Of a DNA stretch of 64,000 nucleotides, positions 39,600 through 49,498 are shown piece after piece. The notes under the pieces were generated by a model that worked only from the letters and a program-made list of their open reading frames with translations, ran no database searches and was not told the DNA's origin. Made by a program: the position numbers and the translations under genes. How positions within the stretch are numbered: position 1 is the first letter of the stretch; every line of letters begins with the position of its first letter. Origin of the DNA: Escherichia phage vB_EcoM-G28. The stretch lies in sequence record NC_054916.1; one strand, 5' to 3'.

Positions 39600-39617
39600 T
39601 TTTAAAGGTTAACACAA

Positions 39618-41183
39618 ATGACTATCAAAACTAAAGCTGAACTTTTGAACAAATGGAAGCCATTACTGGAAGGTGAAGGTTTACCGGAAATTGCTAATAG
39701 CAAACAAGCGATTATCGCTAAAATCTTTGAAAACCAGGAAAAAGATTTCCAGACAGCTCCGGAATATAAAGACGAAAAAATTGCTCAGGCATTCGGTTCT
39801 TTCTTAACAGAAGCTGAAATCGGTGGTGACCACGGTTACAATGCTACTAACATCGCTGCAGGTCAGACTTCTGGCGCAGTAACTCAGATTGGCCCAGCTG
39901 TTATGGGTATGGTACGTCGTGCTATTCCTAACCTGATTGCTTTCGATATTTGCGGTGTTCAGCCGATGAACAGCCCGACCGGTCAGGTATTCGCACTGCG
40001 CGCAGTATATGGTAAAGACCCAATCGCTTCCGGTGCTAAAGAAGCATTCCACCCAATGTATGGTCCAGATGCAATGTTCTCTGGTCAGGGTGCTGCTAAG
40101 AAATTCCCGGCGCTGGCTGCTAGCACAGAAACCACAGTAGGTGATATCTATACTCACTTCTTCCAGGACACTGGTACTGTGTATCTGCAGGCTTCTGCTC
40201 AAGTAACAATTAGTGCAAGCGCAACTGATGCAGCTAAATTAGATGCTGAAATTAAGAAACAAATGGAAGCTGGTGTACTAGTAGAAATCGCTGAAGGTAT
40301 GGCTACTTCTATCGCTGAACTTCAGGAAGGTTTCAACGGTTCTACCGATAACCCATGGAATGAAATGGGCTTCCGTATCGATAAACAAGTTATCGAAGCT
40401 AAATCTCGCCAGCTGAAAGCTGCTTACTCTATCGAATTAGCACAAGACCTCCGCGCTGTTCACGGTATGGATGCTGATGCTGAACTGTCTGGTATTCTGG
40501 CTACCGAAATCATGCTGGAAATCAACCGTGAAGTTGTTGATTGGATTAACTACTCAGCTCAGGTTGGTAAATCTGGTATGACCCTGACTCCGGGTTCTAA
40601 AGCTGGTGTATTTGACTTCCAGGATCCGATTGATATTCGTGGTGCTCGCTGGGCGGGTGAATCCTTTAAAGCTCTGTTGTTCCAGATTGACAAAGAAGCA
40701 GTTGAAATTGCTCGTCAGACCGGTCGTGGTGAAGGTAACTTCATTATCGCTTCCCGTAACGTAGTTAACGTTCTGGCTTCAGTTGATACTGGCATTTCTT
40801 ATGCTGCACAGGGTCTGGCTACCGGCTTTAACACTGATACTACCAAGTCAGTATTTGCTGGCGTTCTGGGTGGTAAATACCGTGTATATATCGACCAGTA
40901 TGCTAAACAGGATTATTTCACTGTAGGTTATAAAGGTCCGAACGAAATGGATGCTGGTATTTACTATGCTCCATATGTAGCTCTGACTCCGCTGCGTGGT
41001 TCCGATCCGAAGAACTTCCAACCAGTAATGGGATTCAAAACTCGTTACGGTATCGGTATCAACCCATTTGCAGAATCCGCTGCTCAGGCTCCGGCTTCTC
41101 GCATCCAGAGCGGTATGCCTTCTATTCTGAATAGCCTTGGTAAAAACGCTTACTTCCGCCGTGTATATGTTAAAGGTATCTAA
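39618..41183 (+). CDS. 23: gp23 major capsid protein, 521 aa
   Basis: Sequence recognised; high-expression codon bias visible (GC-richer, CGT/CTG/GGT codons). Confidence 0.97.
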   Translation: MTIKTKAELLNKWKPLLEGEGLPEIANSKQAIIAKIFENQEKDFQTAPEYKDEKIAQAFGSFLTEAEIGGDHGYNATNIAAGQTSGAVTQIGPAVMGMVRRAIPNLIAFDICGVQPMNSPTGQVFALRAVYGKDPIASGAKEAFHPMYGPDAMFSGQGAAKKFPALAASTETTVGDIYTHFFQDTGTVYLQASAQVTISASATDAAKLDAEIKKQMEAGVLVEIAEGMATSIAELQEGFNGSTDNPWNEMGFRIDKQVIEAKSRQLKAAYSIELAQDLRAVHGMDADAELSGILATEIMLEINREVVDWINYSAQVGKSGMTLTPGSKAGVFDFQDPIDIRGARWAGESFKALLFQIDKEAVEIARQTGRGEGNFIIASRNVVNVLASVDTGISYAAQGLATGFNTDTTKSVFAGVLGGKYRVYIDQYAKQDYFTVGYKGPNEMDAGIYYAPYVALTPLRGSDPKNFQPVMGFKTRYGIGINPFAESAAQAPASRIQSGMPSILNSLGKNAYFRRVYVKGI

Positions 41184-41199
41184 GATATAACCTTATTAT

Positions 41200-41227
41200 G
41201 GGAGACTTCGGTCTCCCATTCTTGTTT
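41200..41227 (+). terminator. Intrinsic terminator after gene 23 (GGGAGAC-TTCG-GTCTCCC + T-rich)
   Basis: 7-bp stem, TTCG loop, ATTCTTGTTT tail. Confidence 0.8.
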
Positions 41228-41232
41228 CTATA

Positions 41233-41499
41233 CTACGCAATCTTAACTCGACGGTTGATGATGTCACGGAAGTCAATACGATTTTCTTGGATTTTCAGCC
41301 AGTTACCAGATTTGTCTTTGGTATGGGTAGAATATTCACCGTTCCACCAGAAGTCAGTAGCATAAGCCATGGTTTCATATTTCTTAACTAGGGCATTCAC
41401 TGCATTACCGTTAGGATTGGAACCATATTTTTCTACCAGGGCTTTGATGTCTTTATCAAGAGCGGACAGAGTAGTACGAATAAAGTTTAACTTGTTCAT
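41233..41499 (-). CDS. Hypothetical small protein, 88 aa, antisense to the late block (start MNKLNF with AGGAG RBS)
   Basis: ORF with RBS and own early-type promoter; occupies the position where T4 has segD. Confidence 0.5.
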   Translation of the reverse strand: MNKLNFIRTTLSALDKDIKALVEKYGSNPNGNAVNALVKKYETMAYATDFWWNGEYSTHTKDKSGNWLKIQENRIDFRDIINRRVKIA

Positions 41500-41529
41500 T
41501 TTTAATCTCCTCATGTTTTTGATAGGTCT

Positions 41530-41559
41530 ATAGTAACATGTGATAACCTTGCTGTAAAC
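41530..41559 (-). promoter_or_regulatory. Early-type promoter (-35 GTTTAC, -10 TACTAT) for the 41233-41499 gene
   Basis: Motif read on the minus strand. Confidence 0.5.
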
Positions 41560-41565
41560 AACTTT

Positions 41566-41573
41566 TATAAATA
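41566..41573 (+). promoter_or_regulatory. Late promoter TATAAATA for gene 24
   Basis: Exact box 29 nt upstream of the start. Confidence 0.6.
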
Positions 41574-41601
41574 AACATATACTCTCAACAAGGAAAGCGC
41601 A

Positions 41602-42885
41602 ATGGCTAAAATCAACGAACTTCTGCGCGAATCAACCACAACGAATAGCAACTCAATCGGTCGCCCAAATCTCGTTGCTTTGACTCGCGCTACCACTAAA
41701 TTAATATATTCTGACATTGTAGCAACGCAAAGAACTAATCAACCTGTTGCTGCTTTTTATGGTATTAAATACCTTAACCCAGATAACGAATTTACATTTA
41801 AAACTGGTGCTACTTACGCTGGCGAAGCTGGGTATGTAGACCGAGAACAAATCACAGAATTAACAGAAGAGTCTAAATTAACTCTCAATAAAGGCGATTT
41901 ATTCAAATATAATAATATCGTTTATAAAGTATTAGAAGATACACCATTTGCTACCATTGAAGAAAGCGATTTAGAATTAGCTCTTCAGATTGCAATTGTT
42001 CTTTTAAAGGTTCGTCTATTTTCTGACGCAGCGTCAACGAGCAAATTTGAAAGCTCTGATAGCGAAATTGCGGATGCTAGATTCCAGATTAATAAATGGC
42101 AAACCGCAGTTAAATCTCGTAAACTTAAAACTGGCATCACAGTTGAATTAGCACAAGATTTAGAAGCAAATGGATTCGATGCTCCTAATTTCTTGGAAGA
42201 TTTGCTTGCAACTGAAATGGCGGATGAAATCAATAAAGATATTCTACAGTCTTTGATTACAGTGTCAAAACGCTATAAAGTTACAGGAATTACTGATACT
42301 GGATTCATTGATTTGAGTTATGCATCTGCACCTGAAGCTGGTCGTTCATTATACCGAATGGTATGTGAAATGGTTTCACATATCCAAAAAGAATCAACTT
42401 ATACAGCAACGTTCTGTGTTGCTTCAGCTCGTGCTGCTGCGATTCTTGCTGCATCAGGTTGGTTAAAACATAAACCAGAAGATGATAAATATCTTTCACA
42501 AAATGCCTACGGGTTCTTAGCTAATGGTTTACCGCTTTATTGCGATACTAACAGCCCATTAGATTATGTAATCGTTGGCGTGGTAGAAAATATTGGCGAA
42601 AAAGAAATTGTTGGATCAATTTTCTATGCTCCGTATACAGAAGGTCTTGACTTAGATGACCCTGAACATGTAGGTGCATTTAAAGTTGTAGTTGATCCAG
42701 AAAGTTTGCAGCCATCTATCGGTTTATTGGTTAGATATGCTTTATCTGCAAATCCTTACACTGTAGCAAAAGATGAAAAAGAAGCAAGAATAATTGATGG
42801 TGGAGACATGGATAAAATGGCGGGTCGTTCAGATTTGTCTGTTTTATTAGGTGTTAAGCTACCAAAAATTATCGTTGATGAATAA
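41602..42885 (+). CDS. 24: gp24 capsid vertex protein, 427 aa
   Basis: Size and synteny; paralogue of gp23. Confidence 0.93.
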   Translation: MAKINELLRESTTTNSNSIGRPNLVALTRATTKLIYSDIVATQRTNQPVAAFYGIKYLNPDNEFTFKTGATYAGEAGYVDREQITELTEESKLTLNKGDLFKYNNIVYKVLEDTPFATIEESDLELALQIAIVLLKVRLFSDAASTSKFESSDSEIADARFQINKWQTAVKSRKLKTGITVELAQDLEANGFDAPNFLEDLLATEMADEINKDILQSLITVSKRYKVTGITDTGFIDLSYASAPEAGRSLYRMVCEMVSHIQKESTYTATFCVASARAAAILAASGWLKHKPEDDKYLSQNAYGFLANGLPLYCDTNSPLDYVIVGVVENIGEKEIVGSIFYAPYTEGLDLDDPEHVGAFKVVVDPESLQPSIGLLVRYALSANPYTVAKDEKEARIIDGGDMDKMAGRSDLSVLLGVKLPKIIVDE

Positions 42886-42892
42886 AACAAAG

Positions 42893-42917
42893 GGACCTTT
42901 CGGTCCCTTTTTATTTA
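42893..42917 (+). terminator. Intrinsic terminator after gene 24 (GGGACC-TTTC-GGTCCC + TTTTTATTT)
   Basis: Hairpin and T-run. Confidence 0.8.
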
Positions 42918-43919
42918 ACTTACCAATTCAATCCAAGCCGGACGAAGTACATCTTGTACCATTTTAACTAATTCCTTTTTAACCAAAGAAGGATTATCTG
43001 CTTGAGTTAGAGTAATACCTTCACGAGAAGTTTCTTCCAAAATATCTTGAACAGTTAGTCCCATCACCTTTCCAAAATCTTTTGGACCAATTTCGCCAAT
43101 TTTAGAAATAACGTTATTTACTCGGTTCAGTGTAACGTAACAAGCTAAAATTCCCACCAATTTGTTATCAGCTTCTGACAGTTCAACTTTAGCTTTAATA
43201 GGCTTATCAGACTTTTTCTTTTCACTAAATTTAGAATTCTTGCATTTAATCGCTACGCGATTGCCATTAGGCATCCAAGAAGGATAACAAGGTTTCAATA
43301 CATAACCTTCAGCGGTAAATACTTCGCCTTTTGCTTCGGCATTCCAAACGCATTTATTTGCATCAACTAATCCAGCATGGTCTACTGTAAAATTATAATC
43401 TTGGACGACAGAATCTAAATCATTTGGCAATTTAATAAGCTCTTCAAATTTACCGCGACCTAAAAGTGGAGCCATTTTAAATTTAAATGTATTACAGAAT
43501 GATTCCATCATATAATCATCGACATAAGTCACATCACCACTTTCGGTAGTAACAATAATGTCAAATACATAAAAATCTTTATCGCCATAATCGACATTCT
43601 TCTGAATGCCAGGTCCAGCAAATTCGCCAAAGACTTGATAAGATACAACTGCTGAAGTTTCCATAATATCTTGTACTGCTTTAATGGAATCAGCGTAATT
43701 CTTTAGAATAATTTCATACCCAAAGAAATCTTCAGCAGGAAGAATAGGACCAGTACGTTTAGCACAAGTTGCTTTATCGCGCTCAATAATCAACGAAAAA
43801 TTTGTACCATGAATCTTTTCACGAGCTACCCATTCGCCGCCAGTCAATCCTAAACTATAAAGTTTTTCAATGAATTTAGAATTGTAATGATTTTCAAGAC
43901 TGCTATACTTTTTAAACAT
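42915..43919 (-). CDS. rnlB: RNA ligase 2 (Rnl2, gp24.1), 334 aa
   Basis: Nucleotidyltransferase motif I KIHGTN; size and position match T4 rnlB. Confidence 0.88.
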   Translation of the reverse strand: MFKKYSSLENHYNSKFIEKLYSLGLTGGEWVAREKIHGTNFSLIIERDKATCAKRTGPILPAEDFFGYEIILKNYADSIKAVQDIMETSAVVSYQVFGEFAGPGIQKNVDYGDKDFYVFDIIVTTESGDVTYVDDYMMESFCNTFKFKMAPLLGRGKFEELIKLPNDLDSVVQDYNFTVDHAGLVDANKCVWNAEAKGEVFTAEGYVLKPCYPSWMPNGNRVAIKCKNSKFSEKKKSDKPIKAKVELSEADNKLVGILACYVTLNRVNNVISKIGEIGPKDFGKVMGLTVQDILEETSREGITLTQADNPSLVKKELVKMVQDVLRPAWIELVS

Positions 43920-43928
43920 AATTAATCC

Positions 43929-44207
43929 TCAAAATGTAATTTCTAACCAATCACCATCACGCTGGTCACTATTGACTTTAAAGCTAAATCCTTCTTTTCT
44001 CAGCCAATCACCAATTTCTTCAGTAATCAATTTATCGCGAGCAGTGCAATAATAACTAAAATATGTTTTACCTTGTTCAGCTGCTTTATTAGCAAGTTCC
44101 GAAAAATCTTTAATAAAACACTCTAGTTTAAACTGTTTACTTTTAAGTGCTTTTTCACGTAATTGATTAGCAAAAGATTCATTTTCATAAAGATCATACT
44201 GTTCCAT
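43929..44207 (-). CDS. Hypothetical protein, 92 aa (24.2 position)
   Basis: ORF, synteny. Confidence 0.55.
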   Translation of the reverse strand: MEQYDLYENESFANQLREKALKSKQFKLECFIKDFSELANKAAEQGKTYFSYYCTARDKLITEEIGDWLRKEGFSFKVNSDQRDGDWLEITF

Positions 44208-44409
44208 TTTTCACCTTTTTATTAATATGTCTTTTTCTATAGACAACTTTTTCTCGAGTCTCAAATTTATTTTTAGCAGTCATAGCTCGAGCCCATAATA
44301 CAGCCACTTCTTTTGCCTGTAAGTTCAATTCACGAGCAATTTCAATGAATGACTTTCCAGACTCATGAAGAGTAAACACCACAACCTCAGTTCTCATAAT
44401 CAATCTCAT
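44194..44409 (-). CDS. Small HTH-like protein, 71 aa (24.3 position)
   Basis: ORF; SFIEIARELNLQAKEVAVLWARA resembles a helix-turn-helix. Confidence 0.5.
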   Translation of the reverse strand: MRLIMRTEVVVFTLHESGKSFIEIARELNLQAKEVAVLWARAMTAKNKFETREKVVYRKRHINKKVKNGTV

Positions 44410-44464
44410 GTTATCGAGTTGGTGCCATTATATACATCATTTTCTGATTGTGTTTTGTGTGCTT

Positions 44465-44492
44465 TCAAAATGAAGAAAGGGGCCGAAGCCCC
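44465..44492 (-). terminator. Intrinsic terminator after hoc (GGGGC-TTCG-GCCCC + TTTCTTCATTTT)
   Basis: Read on the minus strand. Confidence 0.6.
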
Positions 44493-44497
44493 TAAGA

Positions 44498-45916
44498 TTA
44501 TGGATAGGTATAGATGATACCAGTTTCTAAAGCAGTTTTATGAATGATGTATCCATTACGCGATTCTTGAACATCAACTTCCGGATAGTCTTTCATCATC
44601 TTCTGAAGGGTGTAACGATGCAGGTAATATTTACTATCTGGATCGTCAGTTTTCCAATCTTTACCTTCTTCAGTCATTTTTTGGATTTCATCCATAACCC
44701 ACCAACCGCACCAGATGTAAGCTGAAGTACGGTGTGGAAGAGGATGAACATAAGGCAATTCACCTTCTGGTTCCGGAGCAACTTTATCAGTCACTTGAAC
44801 TTGACCTGTTGTTTTAACTGTTTTGCTATCATAATCAGTTGCTGCAACGACAGCAGTAACTTCAATAGTTTGACTTCCAACAGATGAGGTATCGACAGTA
44901 TATACGTTAGTTGACCCTTCTACAGGAGAAGAATCTTTCTTCCACGAGTAAGTAATTTGTGCTTCTTCTGGAGCATCCGTAACATTAGCAGTAAATGTAG
45001 CCGAAGCATCTTGCTGAACGTTAATAGAAGGAGGAGTCAATGTAACCTGTGGATTCATTGTCTTCTTATTAACTGTCAATGATACTTCATTAGAAGTAAC
45101 TTCCTTTTCATTGTAATTTTCTGCTGTTACTTGGGCTACGCATTTAATTCTTTTTACTCCACTTGTAGTTGGAGTATAGCTAAATGTAGAGCTAGTTTCT
45201 CCACCAACTTGTGAATCATCTACATACCACTGATACGTAGCAGATGCTCCATCAGGTTGAGAAGCTAAGGCAGCAGTAAATTGAACTGGGGTTCCAATTA
45301 CTCCAGCTGAAGGACTAGCAGGAGTTACTGCCAATGTAGTTGTCTGTGTCTTTTTATTAACAGTCAGTGATACTTCATTAGAAGTAACGGTTTTTTCATC
45401 ATAATTTGTCGCGGTTACTTGAGCTACACACTTGATTTTTTTAACTCCGCTTGCGGCAGGAGTGTAATTGAATGTAGCAGAAGTCGCTTCGTCTACAGGA
45501 GAACTGTCAACGTACCATTGATACGTAGCAGATGCACCTGATGGCTGCGAAGCTAAAGCAGCGGTAAATTTAACAGCTGTTCCAATTACTCCTGCTGGAG
45601 GACTATTGGGAGTTACGGCTAAGGTAGTCGTCTGAGTTTTGTTTTTGACTGTGATAGTTGTAGTAGCTTCTGCTGTTTCAGCATCAGTATCTGGAACTGT
45701 GTTTGTTGCAACTACTTTAATAGTCTTTTGACCGGCAGGTCCTTTTAGTACATAACTAAAAGTTGCTTCAGCTCCATCCTGTGGAACATCGTCTACAGTC
45801 CAAGCATAGGTAATAGTTCCACCTCCAGTTTCACCACTGGGTGTAGCAGTAAACTGCTGAGTCTGATCTATAACTCCAGTAGGTGTTTTAGGAGTTATAT
45901 CAACTGTAAAAGCCAT
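44498..45916 (-). CDS. hoc: Hoc (highly immunogenic outer capsid protein), 472 aa, with an extra tandem Ig-like domain
   Basis: Ig-like repeat units and conserved C-terminal capsid-binding region; position next to inh. Confidence 0.85.
   Translation of the reverse strand: MAFTVDITPKTPTGVIDQTQQFTATPSGETGGGTITYAWTVDDVPQDGAEATFSYVLKGPAGQKTIKVVATNTVPDTDAETAEATTTITVKNKTQTTTLAVTPNSPPAGVIGTAVKFTAALASQPSGASATYQWYVDSSPVDEATSATFNYTPAASGVKKIKCVAQVTATNYDEKTVTSNEVSLTVNKKTQTTTLAVTPASPSAGVIGTPVQFTAALASQPDGASATYQWYVDDSQVGGETSSTFSYTPTTSGVKRIKCVAQVTAENYNEKEVTSNEVSLTVNKKTMNPQVTLTPPSINVQQDASATFTANVTDAPEEAQITYSWKKDSSPVEGSTNVYTVDTSSVGSQTIEVTAVVAATDYDSKTVKTTGQVQVTDKVAPEPEGELPYVHPLPHRTSAYIWCGWWVMDEIQKMTEEGKDWKTDDPDSKYYLHRYTLQKMMKDYPEVDVQESRNGYIIHKTALETGIIYTYP
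45066..45637. repeat. Tandem direct repeat, 2 x about 286 bp, inside hoc (encodes two near-identical Ig-like domains)
   Basis: Direct comparison of 45066-45351 with 45352-45637 shows long identical runs. Confidence 0.8.
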
Positions 45917-45925
45917 AAGTTATCC

Positions 45926-46606
45926 TTATTTTAATGTTACGAAAGAAGAATTGCGTGTTTCACGAATTAAAACTGATCCGTCGCGATTAATGTAATAAAT
46001 TAAGCTAAACAAAGTTTGGTGTGCTGACGCGTGTTCAAAACTAGTTGGATGAGATTTCCAATCAGGAGTTTCAGCGATCCATTGATAAATCCACCAAGGA
46101 ACCGTACAGAATCCTGGATTTTTCCCCAATAATTGAAGATTCGGACTAAAGTTTTCCGGAAGAGTAAATACAGACGGCTTTTCAGATTCAATAATCTCAG
46201 CTACAGCTTGTTCAAACTTTTCTTCAACAAAAGGAGTGTCTTCAATCAAAACATCGGTATTTTCAGGAATTTTATCCGTTTCGACTACTTCAATTTTAAT
46301 ATCAGATTTAACCGGAGAATCAATCAGAAGTGCTGCTTCTGGATTAACTTCTTCATCGTCATATTTTAATCCCTCTGCAGCATCAGCAGCATTGATTAAG
46401 TCTTTAATAGATAACCCATCAGTCTCTGGCATAGGTTCACTAGCGAGCTTCTGGAGGGCTTCTTCAATATCAACAACGATATTATCAAAAGATTTATTCT
46501 TTTTGACCTTTATACCAAACTGTTCAGCGTATTCAGCTAATTTAGCTTTAGCTTCTTTATTATCATCAAGAGCCTTCAACTCTGCAATATAATCTTTATC
46601 TATCAT
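45926..46606 (-). CDS. inh: Inh (inhibitor of prohead protease gp21), 226 aa
   Basis: Size and synteny. Confidence 0.8.
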   Translation of the reverse strand: MIDKDYIAELKALDDNKEAKAKLAEYAEQFGIKVKKNKSFDNIVVDIEEALQKLASEPMPETDGLSIKDLINAADAAEGLKYDDEEVNPEAALLIDSPVKSDIKIEVVETDKIPENTDVLIEDTPFVEEKFEQAVAEIIESEKPSVFTLPENFSPNLQLLGKNPGFCTVPWWIYQWIAETPDWKSHPTSFEHASAHQTLFSLIYYINRDGSVLIRETRNSSFVTLK

Positions 46607-46619
46607 AATATTTCCTCAG

Positions 46620-46627
46620 TATAAATA
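46620..46627 (+). promoter_or_regulatory. Late promoter-like TATAAATA upstream of segE
   Basis: Exact box 29 nt upstream of the start. Confidence 0.4.
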
Positions 46628-46655
46628 TAGATATATTTATTACTCGGAAAATAGT

Positions 46656-47273
46656 ATGTACCACTTTGTATATGAAACAACAAATCTAATAAATGGTAAA
46701 AAGTATATAGGAAAACACTCTACTGATGACTTGAATGATGGTTACCTTGGTTCCGGTAAGGCAATTCAGCAGGCTATAAAGAAATATGGTGAAAACAATT
46801 TTTCTAGAACAATACTAAAAGAGTTTAAAACTTCCGAAGAAGCGTACATGTATGAAGAAGAAATTATAACTCCTGAAATAATAAAAAGCAAAAATTATTA
46901 TAATATGAAACCTGGTGGAATTGGTGGAATTGTTATGACTACAGAGGTTATAGCAAAGATGAAAGAATCTTCCGCTAAGAGATTTGAAAACTCACCGGGC
47001 ACGGTATTAGGTACAACTTGTTACACTAATGGAACTAAAAATATTTTTATTAAACCTGGAGAACTTGTTCCAGAAGGATTTGTAAAAGGGATGGTTCATC
47101 CTAATAGAAAGTCCAGAAAAGGATGTAAAGTCAAACCGACTACCACAGGAACTTTTTGGGTCAATAATGGTGCAATAAATAAATTAATACAACCAGACGG
47201 TATTATTCCCGACGGATTTATTAAAGGTCGTCTCATGAAAAGAGATTCTAAAGGCAAATTTAGTAAGGCATAA
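46656..47273 (+). CDS. segE: GIY-YIG homing endonuclease SegE, 205 aa
   Basis: GIY-YIG motif (KKYIGKHS...YLGSGK); position before uvsW as in T4. Confidence 0.85.
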   Translation: MYHFVYETTNLINGKKYIGKHSTDDLNDGYLGSGKAIQQAIKKYGENNFSRTILKEFKTSEEAYMYEEEIITPEIIKSKNYYNMKPGGIGGIVMTTEVIAKMKESSAKRFENSPGTVLGTTCYTNGTKNIFIKPGELVPEGFVKGMVHPNRKSRKGCKVKPTTTGTFWVNNGAINKLIQPDGIIPDGFIKGRLMKRDSKGKFSKA

Positions 47274-47275
47274 TT

Positions 47276-48784
47276 ATGGATATTAAAGTACATTTTCACG
47301 ACTTCAGTCATGTACGCATCGATTGTGAAGAGAGCACGTTCCACGAATTAAGAGATTTCTTTTCGTTTGAGGCCGATGGATATAGATTTAACCCTCGCTT
47401 CAGATATGGCAACTGGGATGGACGAATCCGTCTTTTAGATTATAATCGTCTTCTTCCATTCGGCTTAGTCGGGCAAATTAAAAAGTTCTGTGATAACTTT
47501 GGCTATAAAGCCTGGATTGACCCACAAATTAACGAAAAAGAAGAATTATCAAGAAAAGATTTTGATGAATGGCTTTCTAAATTAGAAATCTATTCAGGAA
47601 ATAAAAGAATTGAACCACACTGGTATCAAAAAGATGCAGTGTTCGAAGGATTAGTTAATCGTCGTAGAATTCTTAATCTTCCAACATCTGCAGGTAAATC
47701 TTTAATTCAGGCTCTGCTTGCGCGATATTATTTGGAAAATTATGAAGGTAAAATTCTTATCATTGTTCCAACAACTGCTCTGACAACTCAGATGGCTGAT
47801 GACTTTGTTGATTATCGTTTATTCAGTCACGCAATGATAAAGAAAATTGGTGGCGGAGCATCAAAAGATGATAAATATAAAAATGATGCACCAGTCGTTG
47901 TTGGTACATGGCAAACTGTAGTAAAACAACCAAAAGAATGGTTCTCACAGTTTGGAATGATGATGAATGATGAATGCCATCTTGCTACAGGAAAAAGTAT
48001 TTCATCTATCATATCAGGTTTAAATAACTGCATGTTCAAATTTGGTCTATCTGGTTCATTACGTGACGGCAAAGCCAATATCATGCAGTATGTTGGAATG
48101 TTTGGCGAAATATTTAAGCCAGTAACGACTTCTAAGTTAATGGAAGATGGGCAAGTAACTGAGCTAAAAATTAATAGTATTTTTCTTCGTTATCCTGATG
48201 AGTTCACTACTAAATTAAAGGGAAAAACTTACCAAGAAGAAATAAAAATTATTACTGGGCTCAGTAAAAGAAATAAATGGATAGCTAAATTAGCTATTAA
48301 GCTTGCGCAAAAAGATGAAAACGCTTTTGTCATGTTTAAACATGTATCACATGGTAAAGCTATTTTCGATTTAATTAAAAATGAATACGATAAAGTTTAT
48401 TACGTATCAGGGGAAGTTGATACCGAAACCCGCAATATAATGAAAACCTTAGCTGAAAATGGCAAAGGAATAATTATAGTAGCTAGTTATGGTGTATTTT
48501 CTACTGGTATTTCAGTTAAAAATCTGCATCACGTTGTTTTAGCGCACGGTGTTAAATCAAAAATCATTGTATTACAAACAATCGGTCGTGTATTACGTAA
48601 GCATGGTTCTAAGACAATAGCAACAGTCTGGGATCTTATAGATGACGCGGGCGTAGTTTCTAAATCAAAAACATCTTCTAAAAAATACTCGCATTTAAAC
48701 TATCTTTTAAAACATGGACTTGATCGTATTCAGCGTTATGCTGATGAAAAGTTTAATTATGTGATGAAAGAGGTTAAACTTTGA
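47276..48784 (+). CDS. uvsW: UvsW SF2 helicase, 502 aa
   Basis: Helicase motifs (PTSAGKS, DECH); size and synteny. Confidence 0.92.
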   Translation: MDIKVHFHDFSHVRIDCEESTFHELRDFFSFEADGYRFNPRFRYGNWDGRIRLLDYNRLLPFGLVGQIKKFCDNFGYKAWIDPQINEKEELSRKDFDEWLSKLEIYSGNKRIEPHWYQKDAVFEGLVNRRRILNLPTSAGKSLIQALLARYYLENYEGKILIIVPTTALTTQMADDFVDYRLFSHAMIKKIGGGASKDDKYKNDAPVVVGTWQTVVKQPKEWFSQFGMMMNDECHLATGKSISSIISGLNNCMFKFGLSGSLRDGKANIMQYVGMFGEIFKPVTTSKLMEDGQVTELKINSIFLRYPDEFTTKLKGKTYQEEIKIITGLSKRNKWIAKLAIKLAQKDENAFVMFKHVSHGKAIFDLIKNEYDKVYYVSGEVDTETRNIMKTLAENGKGIIIVASYGVFSTGISVKNLHHVVLAHGVKSKIIVLQTIGRVLRKHGSKTIATVWDLIDDAGVVSKSKTSSKKYSHLNYLLKHGLDRIQRYADEKFNYVMKEVKL

Positions 48785-49473
48785 ATTATAAATTAATATA
48801 TGATAATTTAATTAATAGAGCCCAGAATCGGGCTCGCCTTAATGGATACACTGAAACACATCATATAATTCCTAGATGTATGGGTGGTACAAATGATAAG
48901 TGTAATTTAGTAGAACTAACGGCTGAAGAACATTTTATAGCCCATAAACTTTTAGCTAAAATTCATCCAAACCATTACGGTATAATTAAAGCTGTTATAT
49001 GTATGGGGATGAATTCAAATACTCATGAAAGACACGTCAATAAATCTTACGCATGGGAACGTCGTAAAATGGCAGAACTTCAATCCGGCGAAGGTAATCC
49101 ATTTTACGGAAAACACCATACGGAAGAACATAAACAATATATGTCAAAACTCATGAAAAGTCGTCCAATTACATGGGGAAATAAAATTAGTAAAACTAAA
49201 AGAATGAACCCAACGAAATGGACTGAAGAAGCTAAAAGATTACATTCAATCAATCAATCGGGTAAAAATAACGGCATGTATGGAAGGAAACATTCCGCTA
49301 AATCTATTCAGAAAATTAAAGATAACATGCCAGATAATTCAGGAGCTAATAACCCAGCTGCTAAACCTATAGAAGTAAATGGTGTTAAGTATAAATGTAT
49401 GAAAGATGCTTCTAAAGCTACTGGATTATCAATGTACAAACTAAGAATACTTAGAAAAACAGTTAATTTATAA
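48781..49473 (+). CDS. Free-standing HNH homing endonuclease with NUMOD-like C-terminal DNA-binding repeats, 230 aa, TTG start overlapping uvsW stop
   Basis: HNH core TETHHIIPRCMGGTNDKCNLVELTAEEHFIAH; repeated N-P/N-G...K motifs and C-terminal HTH-like tail; AAAGAGG RBS before TTG. Confidence 0.75.
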   Translation: MNYKLIYDNLINRAQNRARLNGYTETHHIIPRCMGGTNDKCNLVELTAEEHFIAHKLLAKIHPNHYGIIKAVICMGMNSNTHERHVNKSYAWERRKMAELQSGEGNPFYGKHHTEEHKQYMSKLMKSRPITWGNKISKTKRMNPTKWTEEAKRLHSINQSGKNNGMYGRKHSAKSIQKIKDNMPDNSGANNPAAKPIEVNGVKYKCMKDASKATGLSMYKLRILRKTVNL

Positions 49474-49486
49474 GGGCTTCGGCCCT
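49473..49486 (+). other. GC hairpin AGGGC-TTCG-GCCCT between the HNH gene and uvsW.1
   Basis: Stem-loop seen; could be terminator/processing site or insertion-boundary structure. Confidence 0.3.
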
Positions 49487-49498
49487 TTGGAGAAAAAG

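Noticed and set aside
39804-40202. 132-aa minus-strand ORF inside gene 23, and similar antisense ORFs inside genes 19, 5, 6, 7, 8, 10, 11, 12, wac, 16, 21, 29, 48 and the alt genes
   Set aside because: All lie antisense within strongly supported structural genes and lack RBS or promoter signals; typical six-frame noise.
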